A stretch of DNA of 60,533 bases from Methanobacteriota archaeon. Its GTDB lineage: Archaea > Thermoplasmatota > Thermoplasmata > RBG-16-68-12. How positions within the stretch are numbered: the stretch's first letter is position 1; each line of letters begins with the position of its first letter. Shown in pieces: positions 27,501 through 36,552 of the stretch. The notes beneath the pieces were generated by a model that did no database searches, was not told where the DNA came from, and saw nothing but the letters and a program-made list of their open reading frames with translations. Location: positions 1 through 60,533 of the forward strand of contig VBLS01000111.1 of the NCBI GenBank assembly GCA_005878635.1. Direction: 5' to 3'. Position numbers and translations under genes: made by a program.

Positions 27501-28674
27501 TCTCCGCGGCGAAGAGAGCGTTCGCGGCGCGGAGGTCCTCGATGATCCCCGCGTCCGCCTCTTTGACGGGCTTGTCGGCGTACACGCCCGCCTCGTTCGT
27601 GAAATGGCCCCGTCCGTCGACCGGACTGAAGACCGGTAAGCCGAGGGTCTGGCCGAGTTCGAAATCTTCTGGACCGTGACCCGGCGCGCTGTGGACCAGA
27701 CCCGTGTGCTCCGCCTCGACGGTGCTCGAGGAGACCACGCGATGGACCCATTCCCCCGTCACGGTCGCCTGATAGGGGACCTTGTCCGCGAGCGGGTGCG
27801 CATAGGCCAGGCCGACCAGCTTGTCGCCGGTCGTCGTCTCGGCGACCTCGTAGGCGGTCACGCCGCCGCGGGCCATGACGGTGGCAAGCGTCGCCTCCAT
27901 CGTCCAGAGGAATTCCGCGGACTCTCCGCGGACCACCTTCACCTTCGAGTAGACGAACTGCGGATGGACCGCGATTGCCAGATTCGCGGGGAGTGTCCAA
28001 GGAGTCGTCGTCCAGATCAGGAGGGATTCGGCGGGTCGGTCCCGGAGCGGGAACTTGACGTAGATCGAGGGATCCGTCTCATCCGAGTACTCGACCTCCG
28101 CGTCGGCCAGGGCGGTCTCGTCGCGGGAGCACCACTGGGTCGAGCGGAGGGCCTCGTAGAGCAGCCCGCGTTCGTGGGCGCGCCCGAGGGTCCACCACGC
28201 CGCCTCGATGAATTCGTTCCGGATCGTCATGTAGGGCCGGTCCCAGTCCATCCAGATCCCGAGGGCCCGGAACTGACCCGTCATCTTGTCCAGCAGGTCG
28301 ACGGCGAAGGTGCGACAAGTCGAGACGAATTTCTCGATCCCCAAGTCCTCGATCTCCTTCTTGTTCGTGATGCCGAGCGTCTTCTCGACCTGGACCTCGA
28401 TTGGGAGGCCGTGCATGTCGTACCCGGGCTGGTCTCGCACGCGGAAACCGCGCATCCGACGAAAGCGGATGACCGCGTCTTTCAGGGACTTGTTCAGGAC
28501 TTGGCCGAGGTGGATCGAGCCGGTCGTGTACGGCGGGCCGTCGCCGAAGTAGAAGTCCTCCCCCTTCGAACGCGCCGCGACCGTCTTCGCGTAGACCTTC
28601 GCGCGATTCCAAAATTCCTGGACCTGGCGCTCCACCTCTAGGGGGGCGTACGTCTTCTCCGCCTGCTTGATCAT
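24517..28674 (-). CDS. ileS: isoleucine--tRNA ligase with a ~330-aa C-terminal HhH / triple zinc-ribbon / DUF835-like extension
   Basis: Class I motifs PPYTTGSIHLGQ (HIGH) and MHKSLGN (KMSKS), plus an editing domain and an archaeal-length core of about 1054 aa. The reading frame then continues without a stop through 331 further residues. Confidence 0.9.
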   Translation of the reverse strand: MIKQAEKTYAPLEVERQVQEFWNRAKVYAKTVAARSKGEDFYFGDGPPYTTGSIHLGQVLNKSLKDAVIRFRRMRGFRVRDQPGYDMHGLPIEVQVEKTLGITNKKEIEDLGIEKFVSTCRTFAVDLLDKMTGQFRALGIWMDWDRPYMTIRNEFIEAAWWTLGRAHERGLLYEALRSTQWCSRDETALADAEVEYSDETDPSIYVKFPLRDRPAESLLIWTTTPWTLPANLAIAVHPQFVYSKVKVVRGESAEFLWTMEATLATVMARGGVTAYEVAETTTGDKLVGLAYAHPLADKVPYQATVTGEWVHRVVSSSTVEAEHTGLVHSAPGHGPEDFELGQTLGLPVFSPVDGRGHFTNEAGVYADKPVKEADAGIIEDLRAANALFAAETLVHAYGHCWRCKTPILYRATVQWFLRVAPIKAKMVDEVRRVAWYPEWAGAARQMDWTQNLRDWCLSRQRYWGIPLPIWRCTKCGHWIVVGSSDALRKAQGYADGMDLHRPGIDRVVLPCPRCREEMRRVPDILDVWWDSGVASWASLGYPARDDEFRRWWPEDWIVEGPDQTRGWFNSQLAAGVVAFDRAPYDSVLMHGWVNGPDGRQMHKSLGNVIEPETVVRKFGVDALRFYMLSVNALWDDKTFQEDGVRNANRTLNILWNVLRFATTYMVLDRFDPTAPDFASISGHLRPEDRWLLSRLEGLKMTVNAEFATYSLHRAFRSVESFILDDLSRWYVKLVRGRTWTEAEDRDKLAAYHVLFETLRTVAVLLAPVTPFIAEAVYQRLDGKKLSVHLLDWPSAQEERLQPDLERSMSIVQELVEIVSKERQKGGRKLRWPLKLIAVQAPTPEAAMALETLRGIFLEQANAKALAVLKANEEFPGMALVVKPDGAAIGKAYRVLQPKIVKLLEGRPPEEIKKALDKGRLEVGVEGQVVAIDPSMVRFEKAMPSEVVRVPTPHGELYLDLRVTPDLRAEAYARELIRRIQQMRKEIDLAVDDFLITVVKANKELAALIGGQKEFMGRETRSRRITFTDGPVEAEYVVEWNDVDGHSVTIGVTPVHMSEALREFTRIPGITVAKAMALFDAGYKSLAALRAATKQELAQIEGLQVADAVRILDALAAKTDTSIPCPTCGAAIAPSTRRCPRCGEPVATKAMPCPRCRAEIPPGADKCPVCGFVLSTPATAAPSRVACIACGELIPAGSAECPSCGAPQTRAPAPNRAASEDDAPPLLKDSSSYLVEEPVPDEAYRLFEIAQKAGKGAMVITRTFPQKVRERLGGPPFPIVWLSNVGKEDTVRPKDLEKLSLAVEQFLAREKGVIFLDAIEYLVTNNNFLTVLRLVQSIRDQVAINNGVFLLSVNPSALDPHQLTLLEKEVDRVIPGSSGGSAASGR

Positions 28675-28821
28675 CGCAGCCCCGCTCCTGGGGACTCGGG
28701 CTCCCGCGCGGCTTCTTCATCGCCGCGGAGCAGCGGCCTGCCCATCCGACAGGCAATATAAAAACATGCGTCGCTCGCCGTCGCGGTCGGCGATGCGCGA
28801 GCCCGACGGTCGTTGCGGAAG

Positions 28822-28897
28822 GGCCGGGAGCGAGATTTGAACTCGCGTCAAGGGATCCACAGTCCCCTAGCATCAACCAAGCTAGCCCATCCCGGCC
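28822..28897 (-). tRNA. tRNA-His (anticodon GUG)
   Basis: Minus-strand GGCCGGGAUGGGCUAGCUUGGUUGAUGCUAGGGGACUGUGGAUCCCUUGACGCGAGUUCAAAUCUCGCUCCCGGCC folds as a cloverleaf. The acceptor is GCCGGGA/UCCCGGC plus an encoded G-1:C73 pair typical of tRNA-His. The anticodon loop is CUGUGGA and the T arm is GCGAG-UUCAAAU-CUCGC. No CCA is encoded. A TATA-like CTATAT sits about 30 nt upstream. Confidence 0.85.
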
Positions 28898-28966
28898 GCG
28901 GTTCGCGGTAGAGGCGGGGAGGATATAGGTTTTGGCGACGGGATCGCGTCGGTGGGACTCGATCGT

Positions 28967-29230
28967 TCACTTCGCGGGCGGTCGCGCCAGGGGCGATCCG
29001 ACCTGCCGCAGCCGGACAAACGAGACAACGATTAGCGCGACCCCGACGAGCTCGATCAGGATAAACGGCAGATACGTAAAAGGAGGAGAGAAGAGGCTTG
29101 CAATCCCTCCGGCGAAAAGGATGACGAGACCGATGGCGCCAATCGAGACGCTCAACGCCCGACGTCGGCGAAGGGCCGCCTCGGCCGCGCGACGGCGTTC
29201 GGACGGTGCCGTCCGATTTGGCGGTTCCAC
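28967..29230 (-). CDS. small hypothetical membrane protein
   Basis: 87 aa with an Arg-rich N-terminus and two hydrophobic helices (IGAIGLVILFAGGIASLF, FILIELVGVALIVVSFV). Confidence 0.35.
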   Translation of the reverse strand: MEPPNRTAPSERRRAAEAALRRRRALSVSIGAIGLVILFAGGIASLFSPPFTYLPFILIELVGVALIVVSFVRLRQVGSPLARPPAK

Positions 29231-29327
29231 GAACCGGCATCCGGCCCGTCGTTATTTGATGGCTCCGCCGAGGACCGCACTCGGGTGCACAACCATTTAG
29301 TACGCTGCCCCAGATGGGCTCATCGCG

Positions 29328-30257
29328 ATGGCCGGCAAACGCGACCTCCTGTCGATGCGCGACGTGCGGGAGGACCTGGTGGGCCTCCTCGAACTGGCCG
29401 GCAGCATCAAGAATAGGACCAAGGCCGGCGAGCCGTACGAGCCGCTGCGAGGCCGGAGCCTCGCGATGATCTTCGAGAAGGCTTCGACGCGGACCCGCGT
29501 GTCGTTCGAGGTCGGCATGACCCAGCTCGGAGGCCACGCCCTGTTCCTCAGTCCGAACGACCTGCAAATCGGCCGCGGGGAAACGATCGCGGACACCGCG
29601 CGGGTCTTGAGCCGGTATGTCGACGGGATCATGTATCGCGCCTTCAAAAACGAGAACGTCCGCGAACTCGCGAATCATGCGACCGTCCCGGTCATCAACG
29701 GCCTGGACGATCGAGAGCATCCGTGCCAGATCATCTCCGACCTGTTCACGATCCAGGAGCGGAAAGGGAAGCTCTCCGGCCTCAAGCTCGCGTACGTGGG
29801 GGATGGCAACAACGTCTGCAATTCGCTCCTCCTCGGATGCGCGATCGTCGGGATGGACATGACCGCCGGATGTCCGGCCGGCTACGAGCCCGATCCGGAT
29901 CTGCTCGAAGAGGCCCGTCGTCTCGCGAAGCCGAGCGGTTCCACCATCGACGTCGTGTCGGACCCGGCGTCCGCTGCCCGCGAGGCCGACATCGTCTACA
30001 CCGACGTCTGGGTCTCGATGGGACAGGAGCGGGAGAAGGAGGAACGCGAAAAACTGTTTCGCTCGTATCAGGTGAACGCGAAGCTCCTCGACCGCGCGAA
30101 GTCGGACGCCATGGTCATGCATTGCCTGCCCGCGCATCGGGGCCTCGAAATCACGGACGACGTCATCGACGGTCCGCAATCGATCGTCATCGACCAGGCG
30201 GAAAACCGACTCCATGCGCAGAAGGCGATCCTCGCCCGATTCCTCGCGGGAGTCTGA
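29328..30257 (+). CDS. argF: ornithine carbamoyltransferase
   Basis: STRTRVSFE, HPCQ, DGNNV and HCLPAHRG motifs. 309 aa. Confidence 0.9.
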   Translation: MAGKRDLLSMRDVREDLVGLLELAGSIKNRTKAGEPYEPLRGRSLAMIFEKASTRTRVSFEVGMTQLGGHALFLSPNDLQIGRGETIADTARVLSRYVDGIMYRAFKNENVRELANHATVPVINGLDDREHPCQIISDLFTIQERKGKLSGLKLAYVGDGNNVCNSLLLGCAIVGMDMTAGCPAGYEPDPDLLEEARRLAKPSGSTIDVVSDPASAAREADIVYTDVWVSMGQEREKEEREKLFRSYQVNAKLLDRAKSDAMVMHCLPAHRGLEITDDVIDGPQSIVIDQAENRLHAQKAILARFLAGV

Positions 30258-30304
30258 GGGCCTCGCGAGAACCCGTAAATAGGGTCCGCCCTTTGCGGAC
30301 GATT

Positions 30305-31996
30305 GTGCGCGGCCTCCGGCGGTGGCTCCGCCTCGTCGCCGTCGTCCTGATTTTGGCGGGGATCGTTGCGGCCGTCGCCTTTCCCGAGGCGGCCTGGAAC
30401 GCGATCCAGCTCCCGTTGTTCGCGTTCTTTTCCACGACGCGCATGGTGGTTGCCTACCTGTTCGCCCTCGTCTTCGCCATCGCCTACGGCCACACCGCGG
30501 CGACGAACAAACGCGCGTCGGCGGCGTTGCTCCCGCTTCTCGACGTGCTCCAATCCATTCCAATCCTGGGGTTCTTCCCCGCGGCCTTGATCTTCTTCGT
30601 CGCGACGTTCCGCGGCCATCCGATCGGAATCGAGTTCGCCGTCGTCTTCCTGATCTTCACGAGCATGGCGTGGAACATGGCGTTCGGCGTGTACGAATCC
30701 CTCACCACGATCCCGGCGGACCTCGAGGCCGCGGCCGCAAGCTTCGGCCTGCGGGGCTGGCTCCGATTCCGGTACCTCGCATTTCCTGCGGCGATCCCGA
30801 AGCTCGTCTACAACTCCATCCTCTCGTGGACGAACGGCTGGTTCTTCCTCGTCGCGAGCGAAATCTTCTCCGCGGGCGGGACGGAGTTCCAGCGCCCGGG
30901 CCTCGGAGCGTTCATCGCCGTCGCGGGCCGGAACGGCGACATCCCGTCGATCGCGATCGGGATCGCGGTGCTCGCGGCGGTCGTGCTGACCCTCGACATC
31001 TTCGTGTGGCGACCCCTCGGAGCATGGTCCGAGCGCTTCCGGATGGAGACGGCCCCGGGCCGTGAGATCCCGCGGGTCCCGAGTCCGTACGAGCGGTTTC
31101 GTTGGCTCCCGCGGCTGCCGAAGGTCCGCAAGCGCATCATCGCCAGCGTGCAACCGGCATTGGAGCGCTACCATCGTCTCTCCCTGCGATTCGAGCGCGC
31201 GTACACCCAGCACCCGAAGGCGGTCCGCGAGATCCGACGGGTGGATCTCGCGCTGTTCGTCGTCGTCTTCGTCGTGGTCGTCGCGACGGGACTGGTCGGG
31301 TTGGTGCAGATGTTCCTCCGGCCGCTCCCCCCGAATGCGTCCCTCCTCCCGAGCGCCGCCGTGCTCTCGTTCTCGAGGCTCCTCGTCGCCTACGCGATCG
31401 CGTTGGTGTGGACGATCCCCGTGGCCGCGATGCTCGGCGAAAGCCAGAGGGCCGCTCGATACCTGACGCCGGCCCTCGAGCTGTTCGCTTCCCTCCCGGC
31501 GACCGCACTGCTCCCGGTCATCGTGGGGTTCGCGCTCCTCCTCGCGCCGTCGGTCGGAGCCGCGGCCCAGCTCGCGGCGATCCTGATCGCACTCTTCAGC
31601 ATGCAGTGGTACCTCCTGTTCAACCTCATCGCCGGCGTCCGCAGCATCCCGGACGACCTGAAGGAGGCGGCCCGGTCGTTCGGCCTCCGCGGACGCGCCT
31701 ACTGGAAGCGGCTATTGCTGCCCGCGATCGCGCCGTCCCTCCTCACGGGGAGCATCACGGCCTGGGGGGCCGGATGGAACGCCCTCATCGTGTCGGAGTA
31801 CATCCAATACGCCCACCAGTTCTACGAGGTCCCAGGCCTCGGGTCCCTCCTGAACCACGCGGTCTATCCGACACCGGACAACGAGATGCTGCTCCTCACG
31901 ATCCTGACGATGATCGTCGTCGTCCTGGCGATGAACAAGCTCCTGTGGCGCCCCCTGTTCCGCCGGGCGAGCTCCCGATTCCGACTCGAGGTGTGA
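30305..31996 (+). CDS. ABC transporter permease with duplicated NitT/TauT-type permease domains
   Basis: Two tandem permease modules, each with an EAA-like loop (IPADLEAAAASFGLRGW and IPDDLKEAARSFGLRGR). Start uncertain: GTG 30305 or TTG 30293. Confidence 0.75.
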   Translation: MRGLRRWLRLVAVVLILAGIVAAVAFPEAAWNAIQLPLFAFFSTTRMVVAYLFALVFAIAYGHTAATNKRASAALLPLLDVLQSIPILGFFPAALIFFVATFRGHPIGIEFAVVFLIFTSMAWNMAFGVYESLTTIPADLEAAAASFGLRGWLRFRYLAFPAAIPKLVYNSILSWTNGWFFLVASEIFSAGGTEFQRPGLGAFIAVAGRNGDIPSIAIGIAVLAAVVLTLDIFVWRPLGAWSERFRMETAPGREIPRVPSPYERFRWLPRLPKVRKRIIASVQPALERYHRLSLRFERAYTQHPKAVREIRRVDLALFVVVFVVVVATGLVGLVQMFLRPLPPNASLLPSAAVLSFSRLLVAYAIALVWTIPVAAMLGESQRAARYLTPALELFASLPATALLPVIVGFALLLAPSVGAAAQLAAILIALFSMQWYLLFNLIAGVRSIPDDLKEAARSFGLRGRAYWKRLLLPAIAPSLLTGSITAWGAGWNALIVSEYIQYAHQFYEVPGLGSLLNHAVYPTPDNEMLLLTILTMIVVVLAMNKLLWRPLFRRASSRFRLEV

Positions 31997-31999
31997 GCC

Positions 32000-32758
32000 G
32001 TGGTCGATCGCCCGCTGTTGCAGGTCAAGGACGTCGCCAAGTCGTTCTTCGAGAACGCGAAGGAGTTCAAAGTCCTCGACCTGGTCCGATTCGACCTCAC
32101 GGAACGCGACTTCGTCTGCGTCGTCGGGCCCTCCGGCAGCGGCAAGTCGACGTTGCTGCGGATCATCGTGGGCCTCGAGAAGCCGACCTCCGGCGAGGTC
32201 TTCTTCGAGGGCGAGCCGATCCGCGCGGACAACCCGCAGGTCGCGATGGTCTTCCAGTCCTTCGCCCTGTTCCCCTGGTTGACGGTCGAAAAGAACGTCG
32301 AGCTGGGCCTCGAGGCCAAGGGCACGCTTCCGGAGGAACGCCGGAAGATCGCCCGGAAGTTCATCGACGCCGTCGGCCTGACCGGCTTCGAGGACGCCTT
32401 CCCCCGCGAGCTCAGCGGAGGCATGAAGCAGCGGGTCGGCATCGCGCGAGCCCTCGCGATCGAGCCGCTGCTCCTGTGCATGGACGAGCCTTTCTCGTCC
32501 CTGGACCCGCTCACGGCGCAGAACCTGCGCGACGAAATCCTGCAATTGTGGACGAATCCGGACCTTCCGCCGAAGGCGGTCCTGATGGTGACGCACGCCA
32601 TCGAAGAAGCCGTCTACATGGCGGACCGCGTCATCGTCCTGTCGAGCCGACCGGGCCGCATGATTGCCGAGCTGGAAATCGACCTGCCCCGCCCCCGCAA
32701 TCGGAAGGAGCCAGAATTCTACGGCTGGGTCGACGAAATCTACTCGTTGATCGTGTGA
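32000..32758 (+). CDS. ABC transporter ATP-binding protein (NitT/TauT family)
   Basis: GTG start. Walker A GPSGSGKST, signature LSGGMKQRVGIARAL, Walker B LLCMDEPFS. Confidence 0.85.
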   Translation: MVDRPLLQVKDVAKSFFENAKEFKVLDLVRFDLTERDFVCVVGPSGSGKSTLLRIIVGLEKPTSGEVFFEGEPIRADNPQVAMVFQSFALFPWLTVEKNVELGLEAKGTLPEERRKIARKFIDAVGLTGFEDAFPRELSGGMKQRVGIARALAIEPLLLCMDEPFSSLDPLTAQNLRDEILQLWTNPDLPPKAVLMVTHAIEEAVYMADRVIVLSSRPGRMIAELEIDLPRPRNRKEPEFYGWVDEIYSLIV

Positions 32759-32772
32759 TTAGAGGAGGTCAA

Positions 32773-33297
32773 GTGTCTAATAGCGGCGATGACGATGGGC
32801 GGCCGGGCATGCTGACCGATTTTCATCCCATCGCCAAAGTATCCGTAGGCCAGATCCTCGGCCTGGTGGAGGCGATCGACGAGGTCGGCGGCGTGGCCGA
32901 CGTCGCGACGATTTCCCAGGAAGTCGAGATGGACGTCGATCGCCTGGGCCCCATCCTCGATGCCGCGGAGTTCCTCGGCCTCTTGATGGTCCACGAAGGC
33001 GACGTGCGGATCACGGACCTGAGCCGCAAGCTACTGAGCGCGAACGTCCGCGAGCGAAAGGCGATCCTGCGGGAGATCATCGACGACATCCCCGATTTCC
33101 GGATGATTACGGACATGGGGCGAAAGGCGGGCCGGCCCCTCACCCGCAAGGAGATCATCGAGGCGCTCTCGGTCCACGTGGGAAGCCATCGGGCCGCGGA
33201 TCTGTTCAAGGCCCTGGTCTACTGGGGCCGCTACGTCGAGCTCCTTCGATACGACAGTCAGTCGGAAGAGCTGACGCTCCGAACTCCGTCCAAGTAG
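32773..33297 (+). CDS. AAA-associated C-terminal domain protein accompanying the ABC ATPase
   Basis: GTG 32773 preceded by GAGGAGG. The VGQILGLVEAIDEVGG..D...I......MDVDRLGPILDAAEFLGL pattern resembles the PF09821-type domain usually fused to or next to NitT/TauT ATPases. Confidence 0.55.
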   Translation: MSNSGDDDGRPGMLTDFHPIAKVSVGQILGLVEAIDEVGGVADVATISQEVEMDVDRLGPILDAAEFLGLLMVHEGDVRITDLSRKLLSANVRERKAILREIIDDIPDFRMITDMGRKAGRPLTRKEIIEALSVHVGSHRAADLFKALVYWGRYVELLRYDSQSEELTLRTPSK

Positions 33298-33442
33298 CCG
33301 CGGTCGTGTTCTCAAGATTCGGACCGGCGCAAAGCGTTAAGGCTTTTCCGACCAATTCCCTCCGCGAGGGGTTCGGCCGTGGGGGAGACCGCGAGCGGAC
33401 GGTCGGCGTACGCTCGCAGGGGGAGCCTGGTCTAGCGCGATA

Positions 33443-34024
33443 ATGGCCTTTGTGAGAGTCTTTCGAATTTTGCTGATCGTCGGCGGCGTCCTCGCCCTCG
33501 CCGGGATCTCGCTCGTCGTCTCGTCCCTCGGATCCTCCTCGTCCTCGACAACGTCCATCCCCGCTGGCGTCCGGTATTACATGTATTACGAGATCAACAT
33601 CCTCGGATCGGGGAGCCTTCGCGGAGACTACCAGGAAATTTCCGGCGGTTCGTTGGATGTCTTCGTCATGACCCAGGACCAGTACGATTCGTATCGCACC
33701 GGGTCGAACTTCGGGAGCTTGTGGTCCCTCGGGAGTTCGCGGGGCGGCACGATCGATGTATCGCTCCCCGGATCGGGGCGGTATTTCCTGGTCGCGCAAC
33801 ATGGGACTTCGTATGAGGAGACCGCGCAGGTCGTTCGGCTCACCGTGCACCTGAGCGGGATCAACCCGACGACGTTCGGCTCGGGACTTTCGATGCTCGG
33901 CGCGGGGCTCTCGATCGGATCGTGGGGCGTCCTACGATGGGGCCGGTGGCGGGCCGGTTCGTCCGGTGCGACCGCACACGGGGGACCCGCGCCCGAGGCG
34001 AGGCATCCGCCGGGCCTTCCCTAG
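33443..34024 (+). CDS. hypothetical membrane-anchored protein
   Basis: N-terminal TM anchor, a Ser-rich linker, a beta-rich middle part, a second TM near the C-terminus, and a basic tail. Confidence 0.4.
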   Translation: MAFVRVFRILLIVGGVLALAGISLVVSSLGSSSSSTTSIPAGVRYYMYYEINILGSGSLRGDYQEISGGSLDVFVMTQDQYDSYRTGSNFGSLWSLGSSRGGTIDVSLPGSGRYFLVAQHGTSYEETAQVVRLTVHLSGINPTTFGSGLSMLGAGLSIGSWGVLRWGRWRAGSSGATAHGGPAPEARHPPGLP

Positions 34025-34031
34025 GCTATCG

Positions 34032-35636
34032 TCATTCGTTCGCGCCAAAGAACTGTCGCAGGAGCGGATGCATCTCCATCATCTGCTCCCGGCCGATCGC
34101 TTCGTACATCTGGATCATGATGCCGACGGACAGCAGGACGCCCGTGCCGGAGGCGTTCCCCACCGTCCCTATCATGTCGGCGCCCGCCGCGAGGGCGCCC
34201 ACCGAGGCTCCGGATATCACCGCCACCACCGGGATGTATCGGTCCAGCACGCGCCGCAAGATCCGGGGGTCCCGCCGGAATCCGGGGATCTGCATGCCGC
34301 TCGATTCGATCTGTCGCGCCACGTCCTCGGGTCCCATGTTCGTGGTCATGATCCAGAATTTCGCGAACATGACGGAACCACCGATGAAGACGAGGAGGAA
34401 CACGAGGATATGCACGAGGACTTGCCAGTACTCCAGGCCCCGCAAGTAGGGCCCGTAGGTGACCGGATTGAACAAGGGCAAGAGCCAGTCCTGCACCCCG
34501 TTCACATTCGAGAAGTAGTACGCGAGTCCTCCGATGGGCGTCGTCCGCTGGATTTGTCCCGAGACGACGCGTGCGTCGGTCGCGTCCGGATACGCCCCGA
34601 TCCAACTCGCGTGGCCGAGGATCGGCCATTCCGGATGCTGCCAGAAGAGGAGGGAGAACATGCTGACGTTCGCGAGGACCGCGGCGACGAGGATGACCGG
34701 GATGTTCGACGCGTACATGAGGCGGATCGGATAGCGGCCCCGGGCGCCGCGGGCCTGACCGTGGGCGAGGGGGAGCTCGATTCGCGTCGATTCGACGTAG
34801 GCCACGATGAAGAAAATCACGATCGTCCCGATCAAGGCGATTAGCGGATTCGGCGGTTGCACCATGATCTGCTCGACCCCGCCTTGGGCCAGGGAGCTCG
34901 CCGGCAGGTGTTGCAGGTAGTAGATCGTCTTCGGGATCGCGCCCGCCGGGACGAGGCTCCCCGCCCTGGACGGTTCCCAGTTGAACGTGCCCGTGAAGAT
35001 CTGCTGCGCCACGCCGCCGGCGATGAACAGGGAGATGCCCGACCCGATCCCCCACTTGGAGACGACCTCGTCCATCAGGAACACGAGGTAGGAGCCGCCG
35101 AACAGTTGGAAGATGATCAGGATCTTCGCGAGCAGGTCCCCATGTCCCGCGCCGATGAGGCCGAAGAACAGGGATCCGTTCAGCGAGGTCACGAACCCGC
35201 TCGCGGGCGTCAGGAACCCGAACACCTGCGGGATCGCCTCGACGAAGATCATGACGATGACGAGGAACTTCTGCGTGCCCTGGTAGACGCTCTTGTCTTC
35301 GTCGTCCTGGAGGTTGAGGTTGATGATCTTCGCGCCCGCGAAGAGCTGCATGATGATCGAGGCCGTGACGATCGGCCCGATGCCGAGGTGCATCAGCGAG
35401 CCTTGGGCGCCGGCGAGGATCGCGCGGAGGCTGGAGAAGAAATCGATGACGTTCGTGTGGTCGAGGCCGTAGATGAAGATGTTCGTCATGGCGAAATACA
35501 GGACGAGGATGGCGAGGACCCAGAACATCTTCGTGCGGAACTGCACGTGGCCCTCGGGCCGGCTCACCGCCGGCAGGCGGTCCGTCAAGGGCTTGAGCGC
35601 GTAGAGGCGACTTTTCTTCTGTTCCTCGAGAGGCAT
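34032..35636 (-). CDS. secY: preprotein translocase subunit SecY
   Basis: 534 aa, 10-TM pattern with archaeal SecY motifs (LGIGPIVTASIIMQLFAG, GGVAQQIF). It sits at the end of the ribosomal protein operon. Confidence 0.9.
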   Translation of the reverse strand: MPLEEQKKSRLYALKPLTDRLPAVSRPEGHVQFRTKMFWVLAILVLYFAMTNIFIYGLDHTNVIDFFSSLRAILAGAQGSLMHLGIGPIVTASIIMQLFAGAKIINLNLQDDEDKSVYQGTQKFLVIVMIFVEAIPQVFGFLTPASGFVTSLNGSLFFGLIGAGHGDLLAKILIIFQLFGGSYLVFLMDEVVSKWGIGSGISLFIAGGVAQQIFTGTFNWEPSRAGSLVPAGAIPKTIYYLQHLPASSLAQGGVEQIMVQPPNPLIALIGTIVIFFIVAYVESTRIELPLAHGQARGARGRYPIRLMYASNIPVILVAAVLANVSMFSLLFWQHPEWPILGHASWIGAYPDATDARVVSGQIQRTTPIGGLAYYFSNVNGVQDWLLPLFNPVTYGPYLRGLEYWQVLVHILVFLLVFIGGSVMFAKFWIMTTNMGPEDVARQIESSGMQIPGFRRDPRILRRVLDRYIPVVAVISGASVGALAAGADMIGTVGNASGTGVLLSVGIMIQMYEAIGREQMMEMHPLLRQFFGANE

Positions 35637-35639
35637 CGC

Positions 35640-36074
35640 TCACTTCCCGGCGGCCGGGAGCACGACCTCCCCGCCGGCGCCCGCGACTTTCGCGAGGGCG
35701 GCCTCGGAGGCCTTCGCCACCGTGATGCGCATTGCCACGGCTACCCGGCCCGACCCTAATAGCTTGTCGATTCCGGCCGCGGTCAGGTCGACATTGATTC
35801 GAGAGTTGTCCTTGGTCGCGTGACCCGCGGCCTCGAACTCGGCGAGCCGACCGGCGAGGTCCTCGAGGTCGATCGCGGTGACGGGGTGCATCTGCGCGTG
35901 GCGCGTGAAGCCGTGTCGACCGAAGTGTTCCGGATCGAACTTGATCATCGACTTGAACTTGTGTTTGTGGAGCCCCGCGTTCCCAGTGCCGCCGCGGCCT
36001 CCCGCGCCGCGGCCGTGCTTCTTGCCGCGGCCGTGTGTGCGGCTGCCGCGAAGCTTGCGCGTCCTACTCGGCAT
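35640..36074 (-). CDS. rpl15: 50S ribosomal protein uL15
   Basis: RKLRGSRTHGRGKKHGRGAGGRGGTGNAG and operon position. Confidence 0.9.
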   Translation of the reverse strand: MPSRTRKLRGSRTHGRGKKHGRGAGGRGGTGNAGLHKHKFKSMIKFDPEHFGRHGFTRHAQMHPVTAIDLEDLAGRLAEFEAAGHATKDNSRINVDLTAAGIDKLLGSGRVAVAMRITVAKASEAALAKVAGAGGEVVLPAAGK

Positions 36075-36552
36075 CCGGCGTCTCCTCCACGACCATCCGC
36101 ACGAGGAGCGGGTTGATCGCTTTTCCCCGGTACCCGAGGTCCCCTCCGTCGTGGTATCCGCGCTTGATTCCGCGGTAGCCCTTTCGAGGAGGCGGCAGTC
36201 GGATCACCGGACGCAAGTCGCGGACGTCCGCGACCCGCGCCTCTCCTTTGACGAGGGCTTGACTGAGATCCCAGATGGACTTGTATGGGCTGTGGGACTT
36301 CACGAACGCGTCGTCGATCGGCCGGTCTCCGACCTGTCGACCGCGTTTCAGCAAGAGCTTCGCGAGGACCTCGGGATCGACCTCTCCCCAGGTCACGTAG
36401 TCCTTGACGAGCTGGAGCATCCCGCGATAGGTGGGATCCTGCGGCACGATCGCGCAGTGGTTCTGCCGTGTGAGATGCAGGAGCCGAAGGGTGTCCTTCA
36501 CCTCGCGGCGAAGGTCGCCCTTGCCTCGGAGGCGCAGGACCGCGAAACTCAT
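36064..36552 (-). CDS. rpl30: 50S ribosomal protein uL30
   Basis: MSFAVLRLRGKGDLRREVKDTLRLLHLTRQNHC. The ATG overlaps the rps5 stop (ATGA). Confidence 0.85.
   Translation of the reverse strand: MSFAVLRLRGKGDLRREVKDTLRLLHLTRQNHCAIVPQDPTYRGMLQLVKDYVTWGEVDPEVLAKLLLKRGRQVGDRPIDDAFVKSHSPYKSIWDLSQALVKGEARVADVRDLRPVIRLPPPRKGYRGIKRGYHDGGDLGYRGKAINPLLVRMVVEETPDAE

Noticed and set aside
24406-27639. 1077-aa ORF on the plus strand
   Set aside because: It is entirely antisense to the well-supported ileS gene. Its composition is Arg/Asp/Gly/Pro-rich with no motifs, as expected for shadow ORFs in high-GC DNA.
28848-30563. 571-aa minus-strand ORF
   Set aside because: It spans the tRNA-His gene, an intergenic region and the antisense of argF, and shows no protein motif.
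33298-35640. Absence of adenylate kinase and cmk downstream of secY, which commonly follow it in archaeal operons
   Set aside because: Gene order after secY varies among archaea. The absence within one window is not informative without the whole genome.
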